The translations under genes were made by a program, and so were the position numbers. A DNA stretch of 64,000 nt from assembly GCF_022539665.2 (NCBI RefSeq), contig NC_081331.1:2604001-2668000 (forward strand). The letters run 5' to 3'. Source of the stretch: Daphnia carinata. Lineage: Eukaryota. Every line of letters begins with the position of its first letter. Position 1 is the stretch's first letter. The notes under the pieces are model-generated. The model did not search any database. It saw only the letters and a program-made list of their open reading frames with translations, and was not told the DNA's origin. Below are positions 42,172 through 53,600 of this stretch, piece after piece.

Positions 42172-45100
42172 ATGTCTTACCCACCTCGTCCACCCGGAAT
42201 GACCGGGATGAACAACTTGACGCCTGGCCAGATGCCGGTACCTCCATACATGACAGGTTGAATTCAAAATAGTATATTCGTCAATACCCCTAGATTTTAA
42301 ATAGTGTTCTAATATGTATTTCTTCTTTACTTAAGGACCCATGATGCCCGCTGGAATGCCACCGGTAAATCTAATTCTAGATAGTATTTTTTTTGTCTCC
42401 AAATTAACTATTTCTTTTTCATATTAGGGAGGTATGATGATGGGATACCCTCCTATGGGACATCCTTCACAGATGCCTGGACAGATGCCACCACAGATGC
42501 AGCCCCAGATGCAACCACCCCAGATGCAGCAGCCTCAGTTGTCTCAAGGTCCGAGAACACAAAATCAGATGCCACCCGGCACCATGCAGCAGTCTCCCAC
42601 CGTTATTTCCAGAGGACCTAGGCCGGCCAATGAAGGTGTGGGTCCTTCTGTCACTGTGTTTGTTGGCAACATCACTGACCGTGCTCCTGATAACATGATG
42701 AGGCAGGTTCTCCAGCATTGTGGCTCTGTTGTCAGTTGGAAGAGAGTTCAGGGAGCCTCTGGTGTCCTCCAAGGTGAAGAAAAATCTGGTCTTCCATATT
42801 ATTTCAATAAAAGAATTTATTTGCAAACTAAATATTTAATATAAAAAATTCTGTTCTAGCCTTTGGCTTCTGTGAATTTAGCAATCCAGATGCTGCTTTA
42901 AGAGCGATTCGTTTACTACATGAATTGGAAATCGGTGAAAAGAAACTAGTTGTAAAAGTGGATGCCAAAACGAAATTAATCCTAGACACTTATAAAGGTA
43001 TGATATTTATAGAAACCGTAAAGGCAAATCAATTACGATACGATTGAATAAAATTTTATTGACTCCGTTCCATGATTATAGCTGACAAAATTAAATCTGC
43101 CGGTGGAGGTACGAGTAGTGGCGATGACGAGTTCCTGACACAGGAACAACGAGTTCAAGACAAATGGGTCAAGGAACGAATCGGGCAGACCCTCAAGGAC
43201 TACGAGTCGGAAATGCAAGCAAATCAAGCCAGAGGTGATAAATTTCATTCATTGATAATTTCGTTTCCAGCTTGAATTCATTATCTGATTCCAGCCGAAG
43301 AAAAAGAAAGAAGAGAGCAAGATAAGGAGAAAGCAAGAGCTGCAAAAAAAGAAGAAGCCAACAGTGTGGATTTGAACGTAAAAGTTTCCCTTTTTATTTT
43401 GTTTAGGTTTTTGTTTGCATTTGTTTTTTTGTTGTTTTTTAAATTTTTATTGAAGTTTTCTTTTTATTTGGTTTTCTTATGCAAAGCTATCCCTTACCTT
43501 TGCTGCTCAATTTCAATTTTACAGAAATTCGAAACCGAAATCGAAGAAGGAAAAAAAGATTTGATTACCCGAGAAATAGGAAAATTTCGGGAAATTGCCA
43601 AAAAGCAGGATGAAGAAAAAGAAGCTGAACGTAAAAAGAGGAAAGAAAAAGAGCGTGAACGCGAGCGGCGAGATCGAGAAAGGGACAGAGAACGAGATAG
43701 GACCAGTGGCAGAGACCGTGGGGGTGGTGATCGCGACCGCGATAGGATGTCGGAACGAGACAGGAATCGCGAGCGAGATAGAAGGCGCGATAAGGAGAAC
43801 GAAAACCACCGGCGATCTCGAACTCCACCTCAAAGGTCTCGCACTCCGCCCGGTCCCCCGGCCCAGCCGAGCACACCGCCGCGAAGAAGTCGATCTCGAG
43901 ACAGAACCGAAGTGGAGACTCGGCCGCCGCGTCGGACCGAAAAAGACTATTTGCGCGAGAAAGAAGAGGAAGAAGAGGCCCTTGAGAGGAAGAAAGCCGA
44001 GAAGAAAGCCCGTGAAAAGGAAGTGGCTTACCAGGTAAAAGATTTCACCTCACTTTTGGCAGCCATCCAAGTGGTCTTTAGCGGATTGCTCTTCATTATT
44101 GATCCTTACGTGTCGTGACCTGTGCGTTGCTAAGAGAAGCAAAAGTGCTGAGATCCGTTGATCTCAGCTTTGATAGCGTTCATTCGGATGGATTAGTTTG
44201 GTATGACCAATGCATCCTTTTTGCTCTTTTTAAAGTTTGGATGCTATCCTGTATTTCTTTACGCACGCAAGTACTCTTAGACATAGAAGAAACCGCACTA
44301 GTTCAATCAATCCACCGTGCCCTTTCTACTTTGCTATCTTATCTCTATCTTGCTAGCTCGGGTGCCGTGACTGTAAAGAAGAAGCCAGGGTTTGAACTGG
44401 CCTTTTCTTTACAGATTTCCCGTGATAATGCGATGTTCTAGGGCAGACTTCTCGTGTCTTTTTCTTTTATGTTGTGGTTTGCCTTGTTGATATTTTATTT
44501 TATTTTTTATTTTGTGATTTGACAGGAACGATTACGTCACTGGGAGAGCAGAGAGCGAAAGAAGCTCCGTGACTACGAAAAGGTGGAGCTCAAGGAGAAG
44601 GAGCGGATCGAAGAGCAGCAAAAGCAAGCTGTGTGGCTCAAACAGTTCCTCGAGGACTACGATGACGAAAGAGACGATGCTAAATATTACAAGCAAGAGC
44701 TTCATAACAGCCGGCCTTTTAACGGCGAAAATTAAACTTTTTGCTCCCGTCTTTCAAAATTTTTTTAGAGGTCGAGAGATGGAACGTCGCCGAACCGAAC
44801 GCGAAAGGGAAATGGAGTCGGACGGCCGTGATCGTCAAAAAGAGAAAGAAGAGCTCGAGGAGCTCAAGGCGAAAATTTTCTCCGAAGGCCATTCTGATCC
44901 TACGGCAACTCTCAAACAGGTAATATTCCATTTTTTTTTTTTTTCAAATTTGCACATGAAATTGGCATCCTTTCCCCATTCATAGGCTCTTTACGAGAGA
45001 GAACAGCAATACAAGCCCCAGATACTCGTACCAGCACCTCCAGTCAGTGATGCCCCCCGTTCTTTCTCTCCCATGGACGTGTCCTTACCATCACAACCAT

Positions 45101-46059
45101 CGGACGTGGAAGATTTCCAATTGATGAAGGAAGTTAATTCCACGACGCCCGTCTCCTCAGCTCCTTCTACGCCAACTGGGCCAGAACCAAAAACAATTAG
45201 TTCTAGTGTCGCGAGTAGTGTCATTGCCATGGAAGAGGACTCCATGTCAACAACGAATTCCTTGAGTCCTGTCCCTACTGAAAGCGATAGCAAGCAAGGT
45301 ACAAAACCTCTATAATTATCCTAATCATAGTTATAACTGTATATATATATTTTCCTTTTTAGGGTCTCAGGGACCGAGTCTAGTATTTAATAAGCGAAAG
45401 AAGTTGGAGATCAAAGCTGTATTCAATGCGGATGAAGATGATACCGACACGACCAAAAAGAAACGGAAACTTGTACCTCTTGGTAACGCACTTGAATTTA
45501 TTCGTCAAGTTCCTTCTGCTAAAAATTATTGCTTTGATTAGACTATGGTGATGAACTTGCAAAAAAAGAAAAAGAACCTAAGAATACGGAAGAAAAAAGG
45601 AAAAATATCAAGAGTCTAATTGAGAAAATTCCTACGGATAAAGCGTCCCTCTTTGCTCACCCTGTGGAATGGAGCTTAGTAGATAATGTAACAAAAAGTC
45701 AATCGTGTATACTTGATCGAGTATTATAATATTTTTCGATATCCTCTATAGGTTATAATGGAGCGGCGCATTAAACCGTGGGTTAACAAAAAAATCGTGG
45801 AATATATCGGTGAACCCGAGCCTACACTTGTTGAGTTCATTTGTTCCAAAGTATTGATTGGTAGCCAACCACAGAGTATCATCAATGATGTTCAAATGGT
45901 GAGTGAAACTTAGGGTTGAATGTCATTTCCCTAATAAAACATTTTTTTTTATCTCTGTGATAGGTGCTTGATGAGGAAGCGGAAGTGTTCGTTGTGAAAA
46001 TGTGGCGCCTATTGATCTATGAATTAGAAGCTAAAAAATTGGGTTTAATGACAAAGTGA
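42172..46059 (+). CDS. RBM25: RNA-binding protein 25 (RRM, RE/RD-rich region, PWI domain; splicing factor), ~827 aa, 14 exons
   Basis: Exons 42172-42256, 42336-42364, 42428-42773, 42860-42997, 43082-43234, 43295-43377, 43525-44034, 44526-44692, 44769-44919, 44986-45298, 45363-45482, 45542-45687, 45752-45898, 45964-46059. RRM TVFVGNI...SWKRVQGASGVLQAFGFCEF, an RD/RE tract, FLEDYDDERDD, and PWI domain IKPWVNKKIVEYIGEPEPTLVEFIC...VKMWRLLIYE. Confidence 0.93.
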
Positions 46060-46179
46060 AACAAATTGAGACAATTGTATTGGGTTTCTATTTTGCAATT
46101 GGTTGTTGTAACATTGATCAACATATGTACGACTGATTACAAAGCAATTTGACAAACACTTGGTTTGGCTATATCCTTA

Positions 46180-46661
46180 TCACACTTTTAGAGAAAATGA
46201 AGAACCACATGAACAGCCAGTTTCAGCTTTGGGGTTCTTAAGTACGCGGAAGGCAGACCTTATCAACTCGGACTGGAAGTCAAGTACAGCTCCCTCAAGA
46301 TACTGCATGGAGTCTTTGTCGACAAGGATCTTGGCTCCTTCTTTTTCAACAACACTATTTTAATGAATTGTATTAAAAAAAGGCATCTTTGTTATAATAT
46401 ATAAAATAGAAACCAGTCATCTTCTGTTGTTTCCGTATCCAAACTAAACAAGTACTGAAATCCTGAACATCCCCCTCCTTCGACAGATATACGCAGTATT
46501 TTCTCCGGTGATTTTTCGTGCAGCTCTTTTAGACGTTTGATACATTTTTCAGTCATTTTGATCGACTCCGTCTGTTGACTCATGTGGACGGCATTTTTTG
46601 CAGATGAAAATGATTTAATATGCGATAGCACTCTTGTCTTCCGAATGACACCATGAAACAT
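46180..46661 (-). CDS. ISCA2: Iron-sulfur cluster assembly 2 homologue, mitochondrial (A-type carrier), ~140 aa, 2 exons
   Basis: Exons (-): 46661-46414 and 46354-46180, separated by a 59-nt GT-AG intron. Motifs LRISVEGGGCSGFQY, DFQSELIRSAF and NPKAETGCSCGSSF. The basic N-terminus resembles a mitochondrial presequence. Confidence 0.9.
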
Positions 46662-46929
46662 TGTTTTTATTTCTGCCGGTTGAGTTTCGAGGTTACGACA
46701 CAAAACATAACAGACGATTCTGGATTTCTTTACCACTGTTGCAGTTTTTCTGCATCGGGAATTCTAATACCAAAAATTTAAAAATTAAACAGTATATTGT
46801 AGAAAAGTAGTTAATACACAATTTCATAATTTTGGAAAGAAATTGTTGAAAAAAATATTTTTCTTTTATAATGCAGACCATTTCTATTTTGAGAACATCG
46901 CAACCTTCATCAGTTTCAGCCGGACAAAC
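46662..46929. promoter_or_regulatory. Probable bidirectional promoter and 5' UTRs of ISCA2 and DLST
   Basis: Only 268 bp separate the divergent start codons. The core is AT-rich, with an initiator-like TCAGTT at 46910-46915 on +. Confidence 0.6.
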
Positions 46930-49103
46930 ATGGCTGCTCTTCGCCTAACTTCCTCTGCCCTCTTGGGATCTTCGAAACAAATTTCAAAAGTATTTCGTGG
47001 CAATTTCAGGGTTTCGGCTTCTATCAAACATCAGGTAATAATTTGAATTTAATTACTTTGTGATTAGAGCTCCGCGGGTTGAAACGTATAGACGATTTAC
47101 GTTTGTTAGGTGTCCTAAATCGTATAAGTTTTTAATTAATTTAAATATTTTTCATGATTTTTATGCTCAGGAAACATGTGAATTTGGTATTCAAGAGCAT
47201 AACTATGTTTCCACTCAGCGGAGGAATGAGGCAAACTGTCAGTGGTACCCAGTCACTGTTTTCAGTCGAGGATTCAAAACTTCTTTGACCCTTGGTGAGT
47301 TTAACTACAATCAATCATTTATAACAGTAATAATGGTTTTTTTTCTTTTCTCCACCTTTAGAAGATGCCAAAACTGTGATGGTACCTCCATTTGCTGACT
47401 CCATCAGTGAGGGTGATGTTAGGTGGGATAAAGGTATACACATTATCCTTGAAATAGATAATTTGAATGGAAACCCAGTTCACTTTCACTACCTGGTACA
47501 GTGACAATGAACAATCAATGTTGTTTTGCTTAAGATTGTATAAGAACAAACTTACACCTGTTGTTCTTTCTCTGCCAGTTCAAAGACTTGAAGCTTTGTT
47601 TTTTTTTTTTTGCTATTTCCTAGCTGTTGGTGATTCAGTACAGGAAGATGAAGAGGTCTGCCACATAGAAACTGACAAGACATCAATCCCGGTCAAAGCT
47701 CCATGCAGCGGAGTCATTACTGAGTTGTGCGTAAGTGATGGAGCAACTGTACAACCCGGTTCGAAGCTTTTCGTCATCAGTGCAGGTAATTATCACGAAA
47801 ATTGTGATCGGTTGTTGTATTTTACTAATGACTCTAATCGCAGGAGGTGCTACCAAAGCCGCTTCGGCCCCTCCCGCTGAAGCTGCTGCTCCAAAACCCC
47901 AGGCTGCTCCCGTTCCTCAAGCGGCGGCCCCTGCTGCCCAACCAACTGCTGGTGCTATCCCAACGACACCTCCTCCACGCCCGACGCCTCCATCTAGCCC
48001 GGTTTCGTCTATCCCAGCTGCGAGCATCGAGCCCCGAGCTGCTGCGCCGCTTAACGTTTCGCAGACATCTCAAGTACGAAACAATTGTCATTTCCTGTAC
48101 CAGTTTCTCTTCTATGGACTCCATTCGTTTCTAGGCAGTTCCTCTAGCCAAACTTCCGCCTGCAGATTATAGCAAAGAAATTACTGGCACGAGAACCGAA
48201 CAGCGTGTCAAGATGAATCGCATGCGACTGCGAATTGCGCAGCGCCTGAAAGAAGCCCAAAATATAAATGCCATGTTGACAACATTTAACGAAATCGATA
48301 TGAGGTGAGATGTGTGTTCTCTTTGTCTCCAGATAACGTTAATAATTTTTTAAAATATATAAACAGCAACATCATGGAACTGAGGAAAACACACGGAGAC
48401 GCCTTCCTCAAAGTGCACAAAATCAAGTTGGGTTTCATGTCCGCCTTTGTCAAAGCTGCTGCCTGCGCCCTTGCAGACCAACCGACTGTGAACGCAGTTA
48501 TTGATGGGAATGAAATCGTCTATCGCGACTACATCGATATTTCCGTTGCCGTCGCCACACCAAAAGTAAATTGAATGCAGAAACTGGAAATTGGTTGCGG
48601 TTGTTTACACATTGTTTATTTATTTTATCATCTAAGGGTTTAGTGGTGCCTGTTTTACGTAATCTAGATTCAATGAATTATGCCGACATTGAAAAGGCTA
48701 TCGCCGCTTTGGGTGAAAAGGCAAAGAATAACTTGTTAGCTGTAGAAGATATGGATGGAGGAACGTTTACAATCTCCAACGGTGGCGTTTTCGGATCATT
48801 GTTTGGCACACCAATCATCAACCCACCCCAATCTGCTATTCTGGGAATGCATGGAATATTCGACCGACCCGTCGCACGCAACGGCCAGGTACTTGGGTAT
48901 TCGCTTAAGAAACTTCGGTAATGGGGAATGTCGTAAACAAAAACTTTCGTAAATCGATTTTGGCTTAGGTGGTTATTCGTCCCATGATGTTTGTTGCCTT
49001 GACGTACGATCACCGGCTTATCGACGGAAGGGAAGCGGTGACTTTCTTGCGCAAAATCAAGCAGACAATCGAAGATCCCCGTACTCTCCTCTTGTCCATC
49101 TAG
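46930..49103 (+). CDS. DLST: Dihydrolipoamide S-succinyltransferase (E2 of 2-oxoglutarate dehydrogenase), mitochondrial, ~482 aa, 9 exons
   Basis: Exons 46930-47034, 47171-47294, 47362-47433, 47624-47785, 47844-48073, 48135-48304, 48367-48565, 48637-48888, 48969-49103. Lipoyl domain IETDKT, an Ala/Pro linker, [32 protein letters not shown], and catalytic TYDHRLIDG. Confidence 0.96.
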
Positions 49104-50333
49104 AAAGAGAATTTGGTAGAAGGAGCTTTAACCGCGAATCATTTATAGAACGCATTAAAGTTCCCCATTCAGTTGAAAACGAATTTAGAAGAAAACATGA
49201 GTTATAAATAATAAAAATAAAAGAATCCAGTGTTTTCCCTTATACAACATACTATGCGTTGATCTGCTTTGGTTTTTCTTTCTCCTGGTTACGTTTTCCG
49301 CCGATAGGTGGCATTGGCAAGGCAATGGTAAACGAAAATACACATCAAGTGTCGTTTGAATCACACAAAAAGTTCCCTATCTGCGTTGCTCGATTTCTAA
49401 CATTTAAAAATATTGAGTATAATTTACCACAGCAATACTGCGTCGAATTAAACAGCTTTTACTTGGACGTGCATTAATGGAGCACAGAAAAATCTGCAAA
49501 ACACATGACGGTCGATTCACCAGACAAACTACCATATTCGATCCTGAAAGTGCATTGATCGCCTGCCTATGTCACGAGAATGTTCACGTTGGGCTGCGAT
49601 GACGGTTTCTGTGGAAAGCCGAAAAGTCATCAAGTATTCAGGAGCTTATACGGTCGTGACGTTACATCAGCCTAGCATTACATGCGTTTAACATTGCACA
49701 ATAATCAACGTTATAAATTTCAAGCCAAGGCTATCAGTCAGTGCCAAGAACTTTCAGTGTGGCACGTTTTTTTTTTCTTTTTTGTTAAAAGTACATCTTA
49801 CCTTCCTTTTCTGACGACGTTGGGAAAAAAAACCTGGAAAAACTTTGGCTCTTTTGAGAGTTGTAAAGGAAAATAACGGCACGACATTCGGTTTCACAGT
49901 TGCTCGGCTTTATTTCTCTCTCAGCACCTCTCGCACGGTGTCTTCAATGAGTTAATTGCCTAAAACGCACCTAATGTGAAGTCTGTGCCAGAAAAAAAAT
50001 GTATATAAATTAATAATCAAGGAAAAAAAAAAGGGAAAACTTTTGGTCAACACGAAACCTCACAAAGTTGCAGTGCGACGCCATCTAATTCGAAAGAAGG
50101 GGGTGTGAACAGTGAGATTTGGATTTTCTAAGGATTAACCTCAAGTTGTATTTTATTTTAGGTTTTTAAATACATAAAAAATTCCTTAAAAATAACCGTA
50201 AATATTGATAAATTCTACAGAAACAAAAAAAAAAAATTATGAATCATCTTTTTGAAAACTTGACGACATCGGCTTCTAGAAATTAAGACGTTTAGCCGTG
50301 AAACAATTGGCGCCAGTCCCATTAGCAAAGTGA

Positions 50334-50697
50334 TCAGTGCAGTCGCATTGTTCTCGACATCAGTGAAAACGCGTGTTCGCCATTTTCTAACGAAATTGAA
50401 ATTGACAATAAAATCCGACGATGTACTGCTTTGTGCAAAAAACTATTATCAAGTGTGAAAACTGTTATTCCGTGAAATATGCTGCGATGACACGAGGTTA
50501 TCGTGTTGAATGGATTTGCCAAAACTTGTACGTTTTCACTTTATTATGTCGTTCTGCATCATGTGATGTATTTTACTATTTTTCTTTTATTATCAAACTT
50601 CCAGATGAATCGAAGCCTTTTTTCTGTGATTTGGCAAAGAAATGGTGAAACTGCTTGGAGATATGTTTGCAATCCAAAATGGCGCCTGGATCAAAAG
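50334..50697 (+). other. Probable 5' exons of an unidentified gene whose body lies downstream, possibly beyond the window
   Basis: Initiator-like TCAGT at 50334. A short intron-like segment 50528-50604 (GTACGT...pyrimidine tract...CCAG) is followed by exon 50605-50697, which ends at a consensus donor AAG|GTAAGT. CAAAATG start context at 50675-50681. No product is recognisable. Confidence 0.4.
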
Positions 50698-53600
50698 GTA
50701 AGTGCGCCATTTCCATGTCTCGTTTTTCCTTTGATTCTGCACGTTTATCCCAAGTTGTCGAGCCAGGTCTCAATCGAATAAGTCGGTTTCTTTCTTTTTT
50801 TGTCTCCTCGGCCGACATTTTGTCGCAAAGTGAACAATTCACGTCGAAATCGATCGCATTTTGTCTCCGCAGTTTTTTTATCCGTTGATATGAGCTGATT
50901 TCAGATTTTTCACTTGAAAGTATTACGCGTTTGGTCAAGTACATGGGGTGGTATAGAATCCTAGGCACGTGTTGTGCAATATTTGAATTTCTGATTCACT
51001 CGGTTTTTACTTCGCATGTGTTTTTCCTATTTGGGTAAATCAACATTTTGTGCTGTCGACATTTTACAAAAATGTGGCCAAAGCCTGTGACAACTTGCAA
51101 ACGGTATCAGATCAAACTGGTACGATCCAGATGTGTCTCGTACGACACTACGTGCGATTGTTTTTTGTTTTGATTGAAGTATATCTTTTTTCTTTAATCC
51201 TTTAAAGAGTTGACAAATATCGTCAAGTGCGATTTCATATTGCTGGCCTTTTCTTGGCCCATGTTCCATTTTGTTGATTCTTTTTTTTTTTTTTTCGAGA
51301 ATTTTATCTTGATTGCTATTTGTTTTTCTAAACAAAACACCATTTGTCTCAATCCGCTGTCTCGAATTGCCTCATATTGACTTTGGATGTCTATCGTATT
51401 GAAGAGAGAAGCCTTTTTAGTGTTGGCTTGTTTGTCTACGTGTTTGATACGTATCGTTCCTTATTTTTTTTTTATTTATTTATATGAAAGCCAGTACCGA
51501 GAGATCTGATGATAAGAGCCTTTATTGGATTGACGACAATGTCGGCTAGAGCCCGAACGAATAGGGAAAGGAACACGTCGTAGCACGTGGGGTGAGAAAA
51601 AAGGAACTTTAACGACGAAAGGGGGGGCGAACGACAACTGCCGGAAGAAATGTGTTTGATCCACAGGTGGCATAGTGGAGTCTGTGTGGGGCGTGAGATG
51701 TGGTTGGCTTTATTTTATTTTTTCTCCTGCATTCATGGCTATCGTCCTCGTGAACAATTGAAAGTGCGTGGGGAGAAAAGTGGCCCGAGTCTTTTTCGCG
51801 ACGGGAGTTGTTACGCGACAACAAAGTAGAACTTTTAGGTGATGGCTTTCAGACTCCCGCCAAGCTGCACGGGGCTGATCGTCATCGCTTCTTGTTCAGT
51901 AAATGGCCTTTTTCTTTTATTTTATTCTCCCCTACCCTTTGGCCGGTTGATTGTTACCCCTTGCATCGTCCACATAACACTGAGCCATACACAACGACAC
52001 TGGCAATGAATTGATTTATGGGTTATTAAAAACAAAACAAAAAAAAAGCGGCTGGTTGATATCCTTGAACTCTTACCGTAGTGTGTCATCCTAATTCGTT
52101 TTTGCTCTTATTTTTTTTTATTTATTTGTTTTTACGATCGTCAATTGTTTTGGACACCATCAGCTTCTTGGCTCTTTAATTTTTGTTTTTCCCACTTTTG
52201 AATGTACGTCGGTTTGTACTATAGAATCGTGTGACGTCGGTTGCCATGACGACTAACCACGCACGTCTAAGATAACAATCAAGATCCGCCCCACGTAAAC
52301 AAGTATCTCGACGGTACGTTTCATCATGAGTATACGTTCTATATCCTCCCTCTTCCCCTAAAAGACGTTGCGACTTTTACCACTAAAGTAAGATATATAC
52401 TGTATATATAAAAAAAATACGCATGTGCGTGTAAAAAGAAAAGTAGGGAAACGTGACGTTGTCGATCCTCCTCTTCAAAAAGTCTGATTGATGATACAAA
52501 CTTACTATATTATCAATGTGTACAGTTTTTTTATTATTGATGCATCTCGATTGAATCGGCACAGTATTGAGAATCAATCGAATTGCATTGATACAAAAGA
52601 TCCCTCCCAAAAATGTTTTTCTCTTTTTATTTATTTATTTTTTTTTTGCCGGGCTTGAATGCGTTAACTGTTGGCGTCCTTTTAAACAACAATGGAGTTG
52701 TCTTGGCTACATGTATCGTTATATACATTTGGCCAAGTATATAGTTTGATGGTTGAAATATCGTAAGGACTGTATGATGGTTGTCGTCGTCGTCGTCCAA
52801 CGGCGTCTATTCGTGTGGGCTCTTCAACCCCCCCCCCCCCCCCTTTTTTTTACGAATTCGAAAAACTCCCTTCTTTTATTCTCTTGAGCAGCTCTCTTGT
52901 TTAGCAACCCTCCGCATTTATACGGAAGGGAGAACCCCCACCCTTTTGTATAAACGCACAGTAGAAATTTAGCGTGTGTGTGTGTGTGTCTCTGTGTGTT
53001 GCAAGGGCCAGAAGCGAGCAGATGTCCGTGTCGTGGGAGAAGGGGGCTGGATGGGGGGGGGGGGGTTGGAGTAGTATGTAACCTCTTCTTTTTTTTTTCT
53101 TTTCTACCCTACCCCGCGTTCTTCTCCTCTCGGTGCTGGCGACGCTCGCCGACGCTCTGCAGCTGCCAAAGTTGGCGTCACTCCGTCTCTTTGTCACCAT
53201 GGCAACCCCCATACGGTATCCAGCGCCACGCGCTCGCTTGTATACACTAGCTCTCTTATATTTACTGCAACTACCAATGAAGCAGGGTGGGGGGGAGGAG
53301 GGGGAGGAATAACAAAAATAAAATGAAATAAAAAAAAAAATTATTTGGGTGGAGGATGAAGCTTTTTTTCTTTTTCATTCTTATCTCAACCCACGCACCT
53401 TTTGTGCGAGCGCCACCGACGCCGTTTTTCAGGGCAGATGTTACGTCCATCTCTTCTGCGCAACAAGCGCAGCAGCCGCTGGAGCATCTACTAGCAAACG
53501 ACGCTCTTAACTATGACTCTCTTTTTTTTTCTCTATCGTTAGTTTGAACCTTTTTTTTTGTTGTGTGTATTATATCTTTCGCCTTTTTCTCTCAATTGCT

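Noticed and set aside
47434..47623. Possible H/ACA snoRNA in DLST intron 3 (hairpin-like segments and an ACA near 47555)
   Set aside because: No properly placed ANANNA H box between two convincing hairpins. An Infernal/snoGPS search would be needed.
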